Below are positions 36,219 to 46,191 of a DNA stretch of 64,000 nt, piece after piece. The notes below the pieces were generated by a model. The model was not told the DNA's origin and did not search any database. It saw only the letters and a list, made by a program, of their open reading frames with translations. The position numbers and the translations under genes were made by a program. This DNA comes from an uncultured Acidimicrobiales bacterium (GTDB lineage Bacteria > Actinomycetota > Acidimicrobiia > Acidimicrobiales > SHLQ01): assembly GCA_937934655.1 (NCBI GenBank), contig CALGZB010000058.1:6579-70578 (forward strand), in the 5' to 3' direction. Within the stretch, counting starts at the first letter, position 1; each line of letters starts with the position of its first letter.

Positions 36219-38156
36219 TCACGAGGTATGCACCTCAACCTCTTGCACCCCTTTGGTCGCCCATTCGGTGATGAGGTCCCAGAGCCGGAGGTAATGGCGG
36301 GCAAGGTCGGAGTCGCTGGTGGTCGCTTCGGCGAAGCCCTCGAGGAAGTCGCCGTAGCCCGGGTCGGAGATTGGCGGCGGAATGAGATTTCCGTCGATAA
36401 CGAACTCGCGAAGCCCAGCCACGTTGTCGACGGCCCCTGGGTGGTAGCCGAGGAGCTGGGCAAAGAGCGCAATCTGTAGCGGACGCACATCTTCAATGTC
36501 GTTGGAGCCACCGAACCCATCGATCGTGAAGAACAACTCGGCTAGCACGTCGGCAATCGAGTCGACATCGATTGGCGAAACCACGCCGCCAGCGTCGGCA
36601 ATGAACGCGAATGAGCTGTTGGCGAACCGGCGAAACATCAACCGAAGGAGCTGGAGATTCATGGTCGTGCCGGGGATCAAAACTCCGGGCGCAATCGTCA
36701 TCGCCGCTGACCACACCAGGTCGATGAGCGCTCGCCACTCCGACACCTTTTTCGGACCAGCCGGGCTTTCGCTTACGGCAAAGGTGAGGAACGCCAACAC
36801 CGTCTTGAGTTGATCCAGCGGTATCGCGGCATTCAACTCACCCGCAACTGGGTTGGCTTCGAAGCGGGCTACCAAGGTGGGGACCACCGACGCTAGGAAC
36901 CCGCTGGCGCCAACGATCAATGCCGCCATGGCATCGTCGCTAACCGCCATCCACCGAGCGAAGGCGCCCGAAGACTCGCCGAGTGGCCACCCACCTCCGG
37001 CCATCTCGGTGAAATGCCAAGAAGTAAGCCGAGCGGCGGCATCGCGGACTGGATCGCCGTTGATCGTCGCGTCAGGAGCGGTATCACGAAGCGCCAACAA
37101 CATGTCGTAGCTCTCGGCAAGCGCCTTCGTGAATCCGGCGATCGCTTTCGGGTCGCCGCTTGTCGCTCGATCGAAGAGCGCCGCAAGATGCTGGTCGGCG
37201 AGGGCGAGGAGGTTGCCGACCACTCGATTCGCTTCGGAAAGCGATTCGGCCGCGCTCTGACCGTTCGCGAGTTCGGTGGGCACGTCGAGGAGAAGCTCGA
37301 CCATTCCAGACATCTGTGCGAGCTCGAACGCTACCGCCGGATCGGTGACCGACCCGAGGACGCTGACGACTGGGTTCTCAAACCGAAAGAGCCACGCCCG
37401 TGCGGCGCTGTCGCTCTCGGCAAGGACTGTTGGGAGGGTCGCATAGCGCCAGGCGAAGGTCGGGTCCGACATCAGCGCGGCAACGCTGTCGAGCACCTCG
37501 GCGACCAATGCTGCTGGATAGCCGCCTGATCGCAGCAACATCACCATGCGGAGCACATCGAGCGGCTCGTCGCCTTGAAAAAGGTGGGCGGCATCGAGCG
37601 GCTGTGCTGAGTGAGCGTAGGCAACGAGCAACCCGAGCGGTGTCACGAGATCCTCGACACCAGCGATGAGGTCGGGGTGGGTGAGGAGGCGGTCGACATC
37701 GGCGGCGGTAAGTCGGCGGATGACATCGATCGCCACCCCGGTGTGGCCGGCCGAGCGGGCGAGCAGCTCCTCGAGGGTTTCGCGAATGGCCTGCAGATCG
37801 TTGCCGGTGCGAAGTCGGCTTACGAGTTCGGTCGTGGCGATCCGTTGCAAAGCCGGAAGGCGCCGAGGCAATTCGAGAACTTGTAAGCGGTGCCCACCAC
37901 GATCCGGATACCGGGCGCGAATGTAGTTGAGACGCCACTCGAGGTCTCGGGCTCCAGCCTCGGTGCGCTCGATCAACCCTCGCAGCACGTCGGGCACCGA
38001 CCCGTAACCCGGGCCCATATGGGCTTGCGCACTCGACCAGGGTGGGGCCAGCTTGCGTCGGACTTCGTCGAGAGCCCGGCTGGTGGACCGGTAGGTGTCG
38101 ACAAGGATGTCTGCGGCCTCGAGGTCGATGGCGAGCTTTTCGGTTCCGCCGCTCAC
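36219..38156 (-). CDS. Large (645 aa) predominantly helical hypothetical protein in the T7SS-like operon
   Basis: No motif recognised. The N-terminal 90 aa or so look like a helical hairpin. The gene is translationally coupled to the upstream 137-aa gene and lies directly upstream of the WXG100 gene. Confidence 0.55.
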   Translation of the reverse strand: MSGGTEKLAIDLEAADILVDTYRSTSRALDEVRRKLAPPWSSAQAHMGPGYGSVPDVLRGLIERTEAGARDLEWRLNYIRARYPDRGGHRLQVLELPRRLPALQRIATTELVSRLRTGNDLQAIRETLEELLARSAGHTGVAIDVIRRLTAADVDRLLTHPDLIAGVEDLVTPLGLLVAYAHSAQPLDAAHLFQGDEPLDVLRMVMLLRSGGYPAALVAEVLDSVAALMSDPTFAWRYATLPTVLAESDSAARAWLFRFENPVVSVLGSVTDPAVAFELAQMSGMVELLLDVPTELANGQSAAESLSEANRVVGNLLALADQHLAALFDRATSGDPKAIAGFTKALAESYDMLLALRDTAPDATINGDPVRDAAARLTSWHFTEMAGGGWPLGESSGAFARWMAVSDDAMAALIVGASGFLASVVPTLVARFEANPVAGELNAAIPLDQLKTVLAFLTFAVSESPAGPKKVSEWRALIDLVWSAAMTIAPGVLIPGTTMNLQLLRLMFRRFANSSFAFIADAGGVVSPIDVDSIADVLAELFFTIDGFGGSNDIEDVRPLQIALFAQLLGYHPGAVDNVAGLREFVIDGNLIPPPISDPGYGDFLEGFAEATTSDSDLARHYLRLWDLITEWATKGVQEVEVHTS

Positions 38157-38566
38157 GAGTCGCCTGCCTCCCGCTCTGCTTTTGCTGCTGCTTCTTTGGC
38201 TGCTGCTTCTTCTTTGGCTGCAGCTTCCTCATCGCGAAGCGTCCGTGCGTGACGACTGGCCGAACGGGCATCGGCATCGGCGCCGAGCGCAGCCCGCTCG
38301 AGAGCGGCCGCCATGAGCGCGGTGGCCTCGCTCGCCGACCCGCAGCTCGCTCGTATCGACGCCAGTTCTTGACGCGACCGGTGAGCAGCAGCGCTTATCC
38401 AGATTCCTTCGAGGTGACGGCTGCTGGCGAGGTCGTACGCCGAGGTGAGGGGCGCCGAAATCGAGCGGATCGAACGAGCGAGTTCGCGAAATTCGCGCGC
38501 CAGCCCCGAGGCCTCCTTTGCCTGCCGCTCATACTCGCGAATCGAAAATCCTGTTGCCGACGGCAC
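38153..38566 (-). CDS. Small (137 aa) helical hypothetical protein with Glu/Ala/Lys-rich tail; first gene of the T7SS-like operon
   Basis: The sequence is coiled/helical (REYERQAKEASGLAREFRELARSI ... EEAAAKEEAAAKEAAAKAEREAG). Its stop overlaps the start of the next gene. Confidence 0.5.
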   Translation of the reverse strand: MPSATGFSIREYERQAKEASGLAREFRELARSIRSISAPLTSAYDLASSRHLEGIWISAAAHRSRQELASIRASCGSASEATALMAAALERAALGADADARSASRHARTLRDEEAAAKEEAAAKEAAAKAEREAGDS

Positions 38567-38733
38567 GACAAGCGCCTTCCCAAACCAACATCCGCTCCAT
38601 CACCAAGGATGCGCGGACGGAAATCGCTTGCGTCTACCGAAAGCGTTTCTGAAGTTGTCGGGGGAAGTGGACAACAGTCGCCGATAAGCGGGGCAGGAAC
38701 GCCCTCAGCCGTAACACGTCATCGGCTTGTGCT

Positions 38734-38771
38734 TGATATATATTGAAATTACATGAAAAGCACTATAGTGC
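38734..38771. promoter_or_regulatory. AT-rich island with the 12-bp palindrome GCACTATAGTGC; candidate promoter/operator of the T7SS-like operon
   Basis: gatatatattgaaattacatgaaaagcactatagtgc is very atypical for this GC-rich DNA. It lies about 170-200 nt upstream of the 38566 start and contains TATAGT / TATATA -10-like hexamers on the minus strand. Confidence 0.4.
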
Positions 38772-38785
38772 CAAACCGAAGATTC

Positions 38786-39496
38786 CTAGTCGGTATCGGA
38801 ACGCAGAACCGCTAGCGGCGTGCGGAACAAGATCTTCAGGTCGGTGAAGAGACTCACGGTCTGCACGTATTCGAGATCGAGCATGACGCCGTCGATGATG
38901 TCGCCACGGCGTTCGGGCGAAATCTGCCAAAGTCCCGTCATACCGGGCTTTACCTGGTTACGAGGATGGTCGACCAGCCCGTGCTGGGCAGCCTTGCCCC
39001 ACACCTCAGGCCGGGGACCGACCAAGCTCATCTTGCCCGAAAGCACGTTGAAGATCTGGGGAAGCTCGTCGAGGCTCAGCGCACGGAGCAAACGACTTCC
39101 AAGAGTGGTTCGGTCGTACACGTCGACCACGAGACCAACAGCGTTACCGTCGGTCAGATCGATGATCGGCTCAGGCCGCATCGTGCGGTACTTGAGAATC
39201 CGAAACGGACGGCCATCCTCGCCAACGCGAAGCTGCCGGTAGAACAGCGGGCGACCAATCGATAGCACGACCACCAAAGCAGCGAACGCCAGCAATGGCA
39301 CCATGGCAACCGCGATCAGCGAACCGACCACAAGGTCGAAGGCGCGTTTGCCTGTGGTGGCGTACCACGTAGGTATCAGCGCCGGAGTGGCGAGGCTACG
39401 CGGGGATGTAAGTACCCGTCCGTTGAATGGGGGGAACTCTGTTGTTGAAGCTTGTACGAGCTCGGAGTCCGAGGGCTCGGTAACAGCCATTTTCAC
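38786..39496 (-). CDS. Bacterial sugar transferase (polyprenyl-phosphate hexose-1-phosphate transferase, WbaP/EpsL C-terminal type)
   Basis: KRAFDLVVGSLIAVAMVPLL..., PLFYRQLRVGEDGRPFRILKYRTM and DELPQIFNVLSGKMSLVGPRP. Confidence 0.85.
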   Translation of the reverse strand: MKMAVTEPSDSELVQASTTEFPPFNGRVLTSPRSLATPALIPTWYATTGKRAFDLVVGSLIAVAMVPLLAFAALVVVLSIGRPLFYRQLRVGEDGRPFRILKYRTMRPEPIIDLTDGNAVGLVVDVYDRTTLGSRLLRALSLDELPQIFNVLSGKMSLVGPRPEVWGKAAQHGLVDHPRNQVKPGMTGLWQISPERRGDIIDGVMLDLEYVQTVSLFTDLKILFRTPLAVLRSDTD

Positions 39497-39626
39497 TTCC
39501 GGTGGTTGGGTTCTCCGCCCTTACACCAGTACGAACATGTCGAGAGGACTCGACCACGCAACGCTACCGGGCGAATTCGCCGGAACAACCTTCCCGCAGA
39601 ATTTCCCCAGCGCGTGCGCAACACGT

Positions 39627-40268
39627 TCAGCTCGGACGAACAAGCGCGTCACGCTCCGCTGCGACCTGTGCCCGGGCGTCGCAACCTTCGAGGTGATCGT
39701 TGACCAATCCCATCGCCTGCATGAGGGCGTACATCGTCGTCGGACCAACAAACTTCCACCCTCGTTTCTTCAGATCCTTGCTCAGTGCCGTCGACTCGGG
39801 CGTTACCGCCAGAGGCGCAAGCGACGTGTAGTCGGCCCTGACCGGCCGGGCCTCGGGTCCAGGTTCGAATTGCCAGAAATAGGCGGCGATACTCGAGAAC
39901 TCGTCGAGCATCTCCGAGGCCCGTTGGGCGTTGTTGATCGTGGCCTCGATCTTGCCACGATGCCGAATAATTCCGGCATCAGTCAGAAGGCGGTCGACAT
40001 CAGCAGATGTGAACGACGCCACCGTTTCGGGATCAAAACCAGCGAACCCTGCTCGAAAGTTCTCGCGTTTGCGAAGGATCGTGAGCCAGCTCAGACCCGC
40101 TTGAAAGCCTTCGAGACATACCTTTTCGAACAGCTGCACATCATTGGTTGTTGGCCGACCCCACTCGGTGTCGTGGTAGTGACGGTAGAGGCCATCGTCG
40201 CCCGCCCACCAACATCCGGTAGCGCCATCTTCGTAGGCGAGAAGCCCCTCGGGCAGGTCGTTGGTCAT
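39627..40268 (-). CDS. tag: DNA-3-methyladenine glycosylase I
   Basis: YHDTEWGRP, LFEKVCLEGFQAGLSWLTILRKRENFR and GIIRHRGKIEA. Confidence 0.9.
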   Translation of the reverse strand: MTNDLPEGLLAYEDGATGCWWAGDDGLYRHYHDTEWGRPTTNDVQLFEKVCLEGFQAGLSWLTILRKRENFRAGFAGFDPETVASFTSADVDRLLTDAGIIRHRGKIEATINNAQRASEMLDEFSSIAAYFWQFEPGPEARPVRADYTSLAPLAVTPESTALSKDLKKRGWKFVGPTTMYALMQAMGLVNDHLEGCDARAQVAAERDALVRPS

Positions 40269-40355
40269 CGCCTAACAGTATCCGGCCCTAGGACTGGCTC
40301 CTTAACGGCTGACTCTCCTAAGGCTTCTCACCGTTTTTGCCGATGTTAGGACTAC

Positions 40356-43300
40356 ATGGCGACGCATCTCCCACCTCCGATTCCCCCGTCAGCAGACCTG
40401 CTGGCACTTGTGCGCGCCTCGTTTCGCGGAGCGCCGCACCCGATCGTCCTCTTCAACGAGAACCTTCGGGTCCTCACGGCCAACCCCGCAGCGGCCGAAT
40501 TGCTTGGCTGCACCGTGGCTGGAGCGGTTGGAAAACCCGTCTTCGCCAACCTCAAAGACATCGACCCCGACGACCTCAACGCATTGAGCGAGCTCCTTCG
40601 CCACGAACGACAAACCGTTGAAATCGACCTCGCTGCAGGAGCGTTAGCGGTCGTGACCGGGTTCGAAGACCCCGACGCTGCTGGACACCTCCTCCTGCAA
40701 CACGTCGAACACGCCGACAAAAACCTCTTTGCGCTTCACGTCACCACAACAAGCGAACAGCGGGGGGCCGAGCTGGCCTACCAGCGATCGCTTCGACTCG
40801 AATCGCTCCTCAGCTCGATCAGCGCCGACTTCCTCGACACTCGATGGGAATCGGTCAACGACGACGTTCGACGAGCCATGGGCCGCCTCGGTCGGGTCCT
40901 CGACCTCGTGCGACTCCAAGTCCGCGAGACATCGCTGGCTTCCAAGACCTCTCGCCTCATCGTCGAGTGGGCCGCCCCCGGCTTCCCCGAAAGCGATGCC
41001 GTCAACCACTCGATCTCATTCTCGAGCCTCTCCCCTCTCTCCCCCCTCTCTCCGGGTGCAGAGAGCCCCGACGCAAACCATCCTGGCTCAGACAGGTCTG
41101 AAACGTTCTCGACCGTCACCCCCATCTCTGGTTCGGTCGCAAACCTCGGCCTCGGCCTCGCCCTCTGCGCCGCCGACCCGGACGACTCAGCAATCGTTAC
41201 CCCCATCGCCATTGGTCGCCACCAAGTCGGTGCCGTCGTCGCTCAGCGAAGCTCGGGACAGGAATGGACCGACGACGAGACTCACGCACTCTCGACCTTT
41301 GCCAACCTCGTCATGCAGCTGCGAAGCCGCAGCACCGTCGAGGCCGCAAGCCGTCAACGCCTGAGCGTCGAGGATCTGGTTCGCCAGGTCGCAACCGACC
41401 TCATCGACGTCACCCCCGAAGATGCCCGCGAAACAACCGAGGCCGCGCTTGCCCGACTCGGTGTCTTCTTCGATGTGCGCCGAGTGATGCGCTGGCGTTT
41501 CGAAGCCGACGGCAGCAAACTCACCGCTACCGAAGCCTGGAGCGGCGACGCCGTCGAAGGTCTCGGCCTCCGACCGCGAGAACTCACCGTCAAGCGCCAC
41601 CCCGAACTTCATGAAGTGATCGGCCTTTCCGAGCCCGTGGGCCACCTCTTCGATACCGAACACCTCTTCGGCGGCCGCACTGGCGAAGGCAACCCCGAAC
41701 GACTTCCGGAAGGGTCCTACCTTCTCGTCCCGCTTGTCAACGGCGGAGTCACCAGCGGCGCATTGGTTTTTGAACGCCAACGAAATGTGGCGTGGCACGA
41801 ACTCGAAATCCGGGCCCTCGAAACCATCGCGACGCTCGTCGGACAGCTCGACGCCCGAGTCGAAGCCGAGCGCTACCTCAGCTCGTCATTTACCCAAGCG
41901 CCCGTTGGCATTCTGCTCACCGACGAAAGCAACCAGATCGTTGCGTCAAACCCAGCGTTCGCCAAGTTCCTCGGCGTTGCCGAAGACGAACTCATCGGCA
42001 ACGAGGTCGACGATTACCTCAAACGCGGCGGGTCCTGGCTCGATCGTCCAACCGAAGGCCACCAGGGCGAAATCTCGTTCTACCGGCCTGATCATCGCAC
42101 CGTCTGGGGTCGGGTCAACTCGGTACGGATCCCTGGACCCGAGGGCCTGTCGGACAACGTGCTTTCCTACGTCGAAGACGTCACCCGCGCTCGCCGCAAC
42201 CGGGAACGGCTCGAGTTCCAGGCCAACCACGACGAGCTCACCGGTCTGGCGAATCGCCGAGTACTGGTCGATGAACTCACCTCGTGTGTCGGAGTCCCAA
42301 GCTCTCCCGACGATGCCGCCGTGCTCATGATCGACCTCGACCGGTTCAAGGTCGTCAACGACTCACTCGGCCACAGCGTCGGCGACGAAATTCTCTGCAC
42401 CGTCGCCGACCGTATTCAAACTGCGGTCCGCGAATCGGACCTGGTGTCTCGCCTCGGCGGCGATGAATTCGTCGTCTTGCTCCGTGGACCTGTCGGCATC
42501 CTCGAAGCGGTCTCGGTTGCCCAACGGATCATCGAACTCATCAAAGAACCAATCCGATGCGGCATCCATGAGGTCTTCGTCACCGGCAGTGTCGGCATCG
42601 CCTTCCCGAACCACGACGATCGCAACGTCGAAGACGTTCTCAGTCACGCTGACGCTGCGATGTACGACGCGAAGAGCAAAGGCCGCAACCGCTACGAGAC
42701 CTTCGACGAACGCAGCCGCGAGATGGTGGCTAACCGAATCGAAACCGAAAGCCATCTTCGACGGGCCATCGAAAACCACGAGCTCGAGGTGTACTACCAG
42801 CCCGAATTCGACCTCGTGAAGAACGAGATCGTCGGCGCCGAAGCCCTCGTCCGATGGAATCACCCCGAAAAGGGCGTGCTTACCGCCGGCGTCTTTATCG
42901 AGATCGCCGAAGACACCGGCCTTGTTGTCGATATCGGCAGCTTCGTGTTGAAGGAAGCCTGCCGGCAGGGAGTCGAGTGGAACGCCCGGCGCGACGTGCC
43001 ACTCATCATCCGGGTGAACCTTTCGGCCCGACAGCTCGAACGGCGAACCATCGTCGAAGAAGTGCTGAGCGTCTTGCACGAAACCGGTCTTCCGGCCGAA
43101 CACCTCTGTCTCGAGATCACCGAGACTGCCCTCATGACCGACGTCGAAGAGTCCATGCGGCTCCTAACCCAGTTGCGTGACACCGGCGTGCACCTCGCCG
43201 TGGACGACTTCGGTACCGGCTTTAGCTCGCTGGCCTACCTCAAACGTTTCCCCGTCGACATCCTCAAGATCGACCAGGCATTCATCCGGAACCTCGACAG

Positions 43301-43523
43301 TGATGCCACCGACGAAGCAATCGTGCTGTCGATCATCAAACTCGCCGAAGCTCTGGACCTCGAAGTGGTCGCTGAAGGCATCGAAGAAAACGCTCACCAC
43401 ACCAAACTGGTAGAGATGGGTTGTCAACGAGGTCAAGGCTTTGGTTTGGCCCGACCTGCCCCTGCCAACAAGGTCGCAGAGCTCCTGTCGCTCAAACCAG
43501 CTCATTCACCGATAACCTCCTGA
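40356..43523 (+). CDS. Cytoplasmic multi-sensor (PAS/GAF) GGDEF-EAL protein, both catalytic motifs intact
   Basis: RLGGDEFVVLL, EALVRWNHPEKG, EITE and DDFGTGFSSLAYL, preceded by about 600 aa of PAS/GAF-like sensor region. Confidence 0.85.
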   Translation: MATHLPPPIPPSADLLALVRASFRGAPHPIVLFNENLRVLTANPAAAELLGCTVAGAVGKPVFANLKDIDPDDLNALSELLRHERQTVEIDLAAGALAVVTGFEDPDAAGHLLLQHVEHADKNLFALHVTTTSEQRGAELAYQRSLRLESLLSSISADFLDTRWESVNDDVRRAMGRLGRVLDLVRLQVRETSLASKTSRLIVEWAAPGFPESDAVNHSISFSSLSPLSPLSPGAESPDANHPGSDRSETFSTVTPISGSVANLGLGLALCAADPDDSAIVTPIAIGRHQVGAVVAQRSSGQEWTDDETHALSTFANLVMQLRSRSTVEAASRQRLSVEDLVRQVATDLIDVTPEDARETTEAALARLGVFFDVRRVMRWRFEADGSKLTATEAWSGDAVEGLGLRPRELTVKRHPELHEVIGLSEPVGHLFDTEHLFGGRTGEGNPERLPEGSYLLVPLVNGGVTSGALVFERQRNVAWHELEIRALETIATLVGQLDARVEAERYLSSSFTQAPVGILLTDESNQIVASNPAFAKFLGVAEDELIGNEVDDYLKRGGSWLDRPTEGHQGEISFYRPDHRTVWGRVNSVRIPGPEGLSDNVLSYVEDVTRARRNRERLEFQANHDELTGLANRRVLVDELTSCVGVPSSPDDAAVLMIDLDRFKVVNDSLGHSVGDEILCTVADRIQTAVRESDLVSRLGGDEFVVLLRGPVGILEAVSVAQRIIELIKEPIRCGIHEVFVTGSVGIAFPNHDDRNVEDVLSHADAAMYDAKSKGRNRYETFDERSREMVANRIETESHLRRAIENHELEVYYQPEFDLVKNEIVGAEALVRWNHPEKGVLTAGVFIEIAEDTGLVVDIGSFVLKEACRQGVEWNARRDVPLIIRVNLSARQLERRTIVEEVLSVLHETGLPAEHLCLEITETALMTDVEESMRLLTQLRDTGVHLAVDDFGTGFSSLAYLKRFPVDILKIDQAFIRNLDSDATDEAIVLSIIKLAEALDLEVVAEGIEENAHHTKLVEMGCQRGQGFGLARPAPANKVAELLSLKPAHSPITS

Positions 43524-43580
43524 TGGCCCTTTGACCTGTTGGTCATCACCCCAAGGTCCAGAAATCAGGAGTAACTAGCT

Positions 43581-45134
43581 ATGCGACTCGGACGATCGGG
43601 CGGCGCGCCCCGCGGAACCTCTTCTCGACCACGGTCTACCGGCACGAGAACCCAGCGGCGCACGACAAGCACTGGCGGAACCGGGATGCCTAGCGGCGGC
43701 GTTCCGAAGGGCGGCTGTGGCGGAATACTGCTTATGGGCGTCATCCTTCTTGCCGTGATGTTCCTCGGGGGCGGACTCCCCGGAGGCGACGGCGGCGGAG
43801 GCACGAGTGGCGGGACCGCTGAGCGGACCGACCTCGTCGGCGCTGAAGCCATCACTGCAGACGATCTGGATCCAACCGACCGCGCCGAACTGCAACGCTT
43901 CACCGACGATCTCGCCAATGACGTAAACGACTACTGGGGAGCGCAATACCCAGCCACCTACGGCGGCAGCTACGAACCACCCGAGTACTTTCCCTTTAAC
44001 CCGGTGAACCCCCAACGCGACCTCTCGTGCGGACAGCGGCTTTCGCCGCAAGTACTCGCCAGCAACGCCATCTACTGTCCCGCCGGCGACTACATCACGT
44101 GGGACGAGTACTACCTGTTCCCCAAGCTGCGGGTGAACTTTGGTCAAGCTGCCGTGGGTGTTGTGCTTGCCCACGAGTGGGGCCACGCCATCCAAGGTCC
44201 CGTGCGGGCTCGAGTCGAAGGCAGCACCACGATCTTCAAAGAACTCCAAGCCGACTGTTTCGCTGGCGCCTGGGTCAAGAACGTCCAGGATGACAAGAGT
44301 TCGCTCCTTAACCCCTTCGACCAGAACGACCTCGATGGCGCCGTCGCCGGGTTCCTCTTGCTTCGTGACCCTCCAGGAACCGATCCCAACGCTCGCGGGG
44401 CTCACGGCTCGGCGTTCGACCGCATTGGATCATTCGAGGACGGGCTGATCAACGGCCCCGACTACTGCGCCGCGTATCGCGAAGGCAGCGGCGACCGCCC
44501 CAGAATCACGCCGCTGAGCTTCACCGCTGACGACGAGTCGGGCGGAAACCTCGACTACGACACATCGGTCGACGTTGTCGTCAATGCTCTCAACGAGTTC
44601 TACAGCGAAACGCTTATCGACGTTCTCGGCGAAGCGCAGCTCGGTCTCGACGAGTACCGCTCGAGCCTCAACGGTGTTACCGCCTGTCCCGATGCCATCG
44701 ACGGCATCATCTTTTACTGCGAGGCAACCACCACCGTCAGCTGGGATGCCGATCAGCTCCAGGCCATCCACAATGACATCGGCGACTTTGCGGTCTCGCA
44801 GCTCTTCGCCCACGAGTACGGCCACGCCATCATGGACCTCATTGGTTTCCAAGGAACCGGCGAGGAGATCGAGTTGGCTGCCGATTGTCTGGCTGGAGCC
44901 TGGAGCGCCGCGGTGAACTCTGGCCAGCTTGAAGTTCCCGATCCGCTCAACCAGTCGGCGTCGGTTCCGCTCGAAATGTCGCCTGGCGACCTCGACGAAG
45001 GTTTGGCCACCATGCTTCGATTCCGTCATCCCGATGGCGGCGGAAATCGCAGCAGCGACGAAGCCGACCTGTTCGAACGGTCCCGCTCCTTCCAAGTCGG
45101 ATTCTTCGGAAACGCGAACACCTGTGTCCAATAG
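43581..45134 (+). CDS. Membrane-anchored neutral zinc metallopeptidase-like protein with two HExxH modules
   Basis: Basic N-terminus plus TM GGILLMGVILLAVMFLGG. First module has VLAHEWGHAIQG with ELQADCFAGAW. Second module has LFAHEYGHAIMD with ELAADCLAGAW. Confidence 0.7.
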   Translation: MRLGRSGGAPRGTSSRPRSTGTRTQRRTTSTGGTGMPSGGVPKGGCGGILLMGVILLAVMFLGGGLPGGDGGGGTSGGTAERTDLVGAEAITADDLDPTDRAELQRFTDDLANDVNDYWGAQYPATYGGSYEPPEYFPFNPVNPQRDLSCGQRLSPQVLASNAIYCPAGDYITWDEYYLFPKLRVNFGQAAVGVVLAHEWGHAIQGPVRARVEGSTTIFKELQADCFAGAWVKNVQDDKSSLLNPFDQNDLDGAVAGFLLLRDPPGTDPNARGAHGSAFDRIGSFEDGLINGPDYCAAYREGSGDRPRITPLSFTADDESGGNLDYDTSVDVVVNALNEFYSETLIDVLGEAQLGLDEYRSSLNGVTACPDAIDGIIFYCEATTTVSWDADQLQAIHNDIGDFAVSQLFAHEYGHAIMDLIGFQGTGEEIELAADCLAGAWSAAVNSGQLEVPDPLNQSASVPLEMSPGDLDEGLATMLRFRHPDGGGNRSSDEADLFERSRSFQVGFFGNANTCVQ

Positions 45135-45150
45135 GACCTGACGTACCGGT

Positions 45151-46170
45151 TTGAGAATCCAGGCTCATCCTCCAACGCTTCTTCGAGCGCTTCACTTTGC
45201 ACTTCTGCTGGCGCTGGGCGTTGTGGCCACCGCCTGCTCGTCTGCGGATAGGCCGGCCGCAGTGGTGACCGAACCGGTGATTCAAACGCGTCTGGTCGCT
45301 GCTCCCGAAGGGCTCCCCGACAAGCTCGGCCCACTCACCATTCATGCAGTGGGCGATCTACTGGCCCATGGCTCGCTGGCGATCGACGGAAGACTCCCGC
45401 TCGGCGCGGTCGGTGAGCTCTTCGGCGCCGATCAACTCACCATCGGCAACCTGGAATGCCCCGCATCGACGGCGGGACCCGAACCAACGGCAGACCGCCT
45501 TACCTGCGATCCAGCGCTGCTCGCCGATCTCACCGCGAACGGGATCGATGTGGTGTCGCTGGCAAACGATCGATCCGTCGATCGGGGCCGTGTGGCGCTC
45601 GCCGAGACGATTTCGGCAAGCGAGCAAGCTGGTCTCCAGGTCGTTGGAGCTGGAGCGAACGAGTCCGAGGCATTTCGCGCGACGATCGTCGAGACCGACG
45701 GTTGGCGGATTGGCGTCGTTGGAACCACGGCGGTTGGCCGAAACTTTGCCACCGCCGATCGACCCGGCACCGCCCCTATCGAACGAACCAAAGCGATCAC
45801 CGATGCGATTGCCGAGGTGCGCGACGACGTCGACCTCGTACTCGTGACCGTCCATTGGGGCCGACCACTCGACCGCGACCCGGAACCCCGCGATCGTGCC
45901 TACGCAGGGACCCTCATCGATGCCGGCGCCGACATCGTGTTTGGTCACGGTCCCCACCGCCTCCAGTCGTTCGCTCTCGTCGACGACAAGCCAGTGTTCT
46001 GGAGCTTGGGCCACTTTCTCTGGCCTCAGGCCGATCCTGCCGATGCTGACTCGGCCATTGGCCGGGTAGAGATCGATGCCGACGGCAACACCGTGGTGTG
46101 CCTGGTACCTGTCACCTTGACCGAGCAGGGACGACCAGAACTCGATCGACCGACCGTGTCCTGCCAATAG
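45151..46170 (+). CDS. CapA family (PGA_cap metallophosphatase-like) lipoprotein
   Basis: Lipobox LALGVVATACSS, plus HAVGDLL, VSLANDRSVD, TVHWG and FGHGPH. Confidence 0.75.
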   Translation: MRIQAHPPTLLRALHFALLLALGVVATACSSADRPAAVVTEPVIQTRLVAAPEGLPDKLGPLTIHAVGDLLAHGSLAIDGRLPLGAVGELFGADQLTIGNLECPASTAGPEPTADRLTCDPALLADLTANGIDVVSLANDRSVDRGRVALAETISASEQAGLQVVGAGANESEAFRATIVETDGWRIGVVGTTAVGRNFATADRPGTAPIERTKAITDAIAEVRDDVDLVLVTVHWGRPLDRDPEPRDRAYAGTLIDAGADIVFGHGPHRLQSFALVDDKPVFWSLGHFLWPQADPADADSAIGRVEIDADGNTVVCLVPVTLTEQGRPELDRPTVSCQ

Positions 46171-46191
46171 GCATCGCACGAGTCGCCGGCA

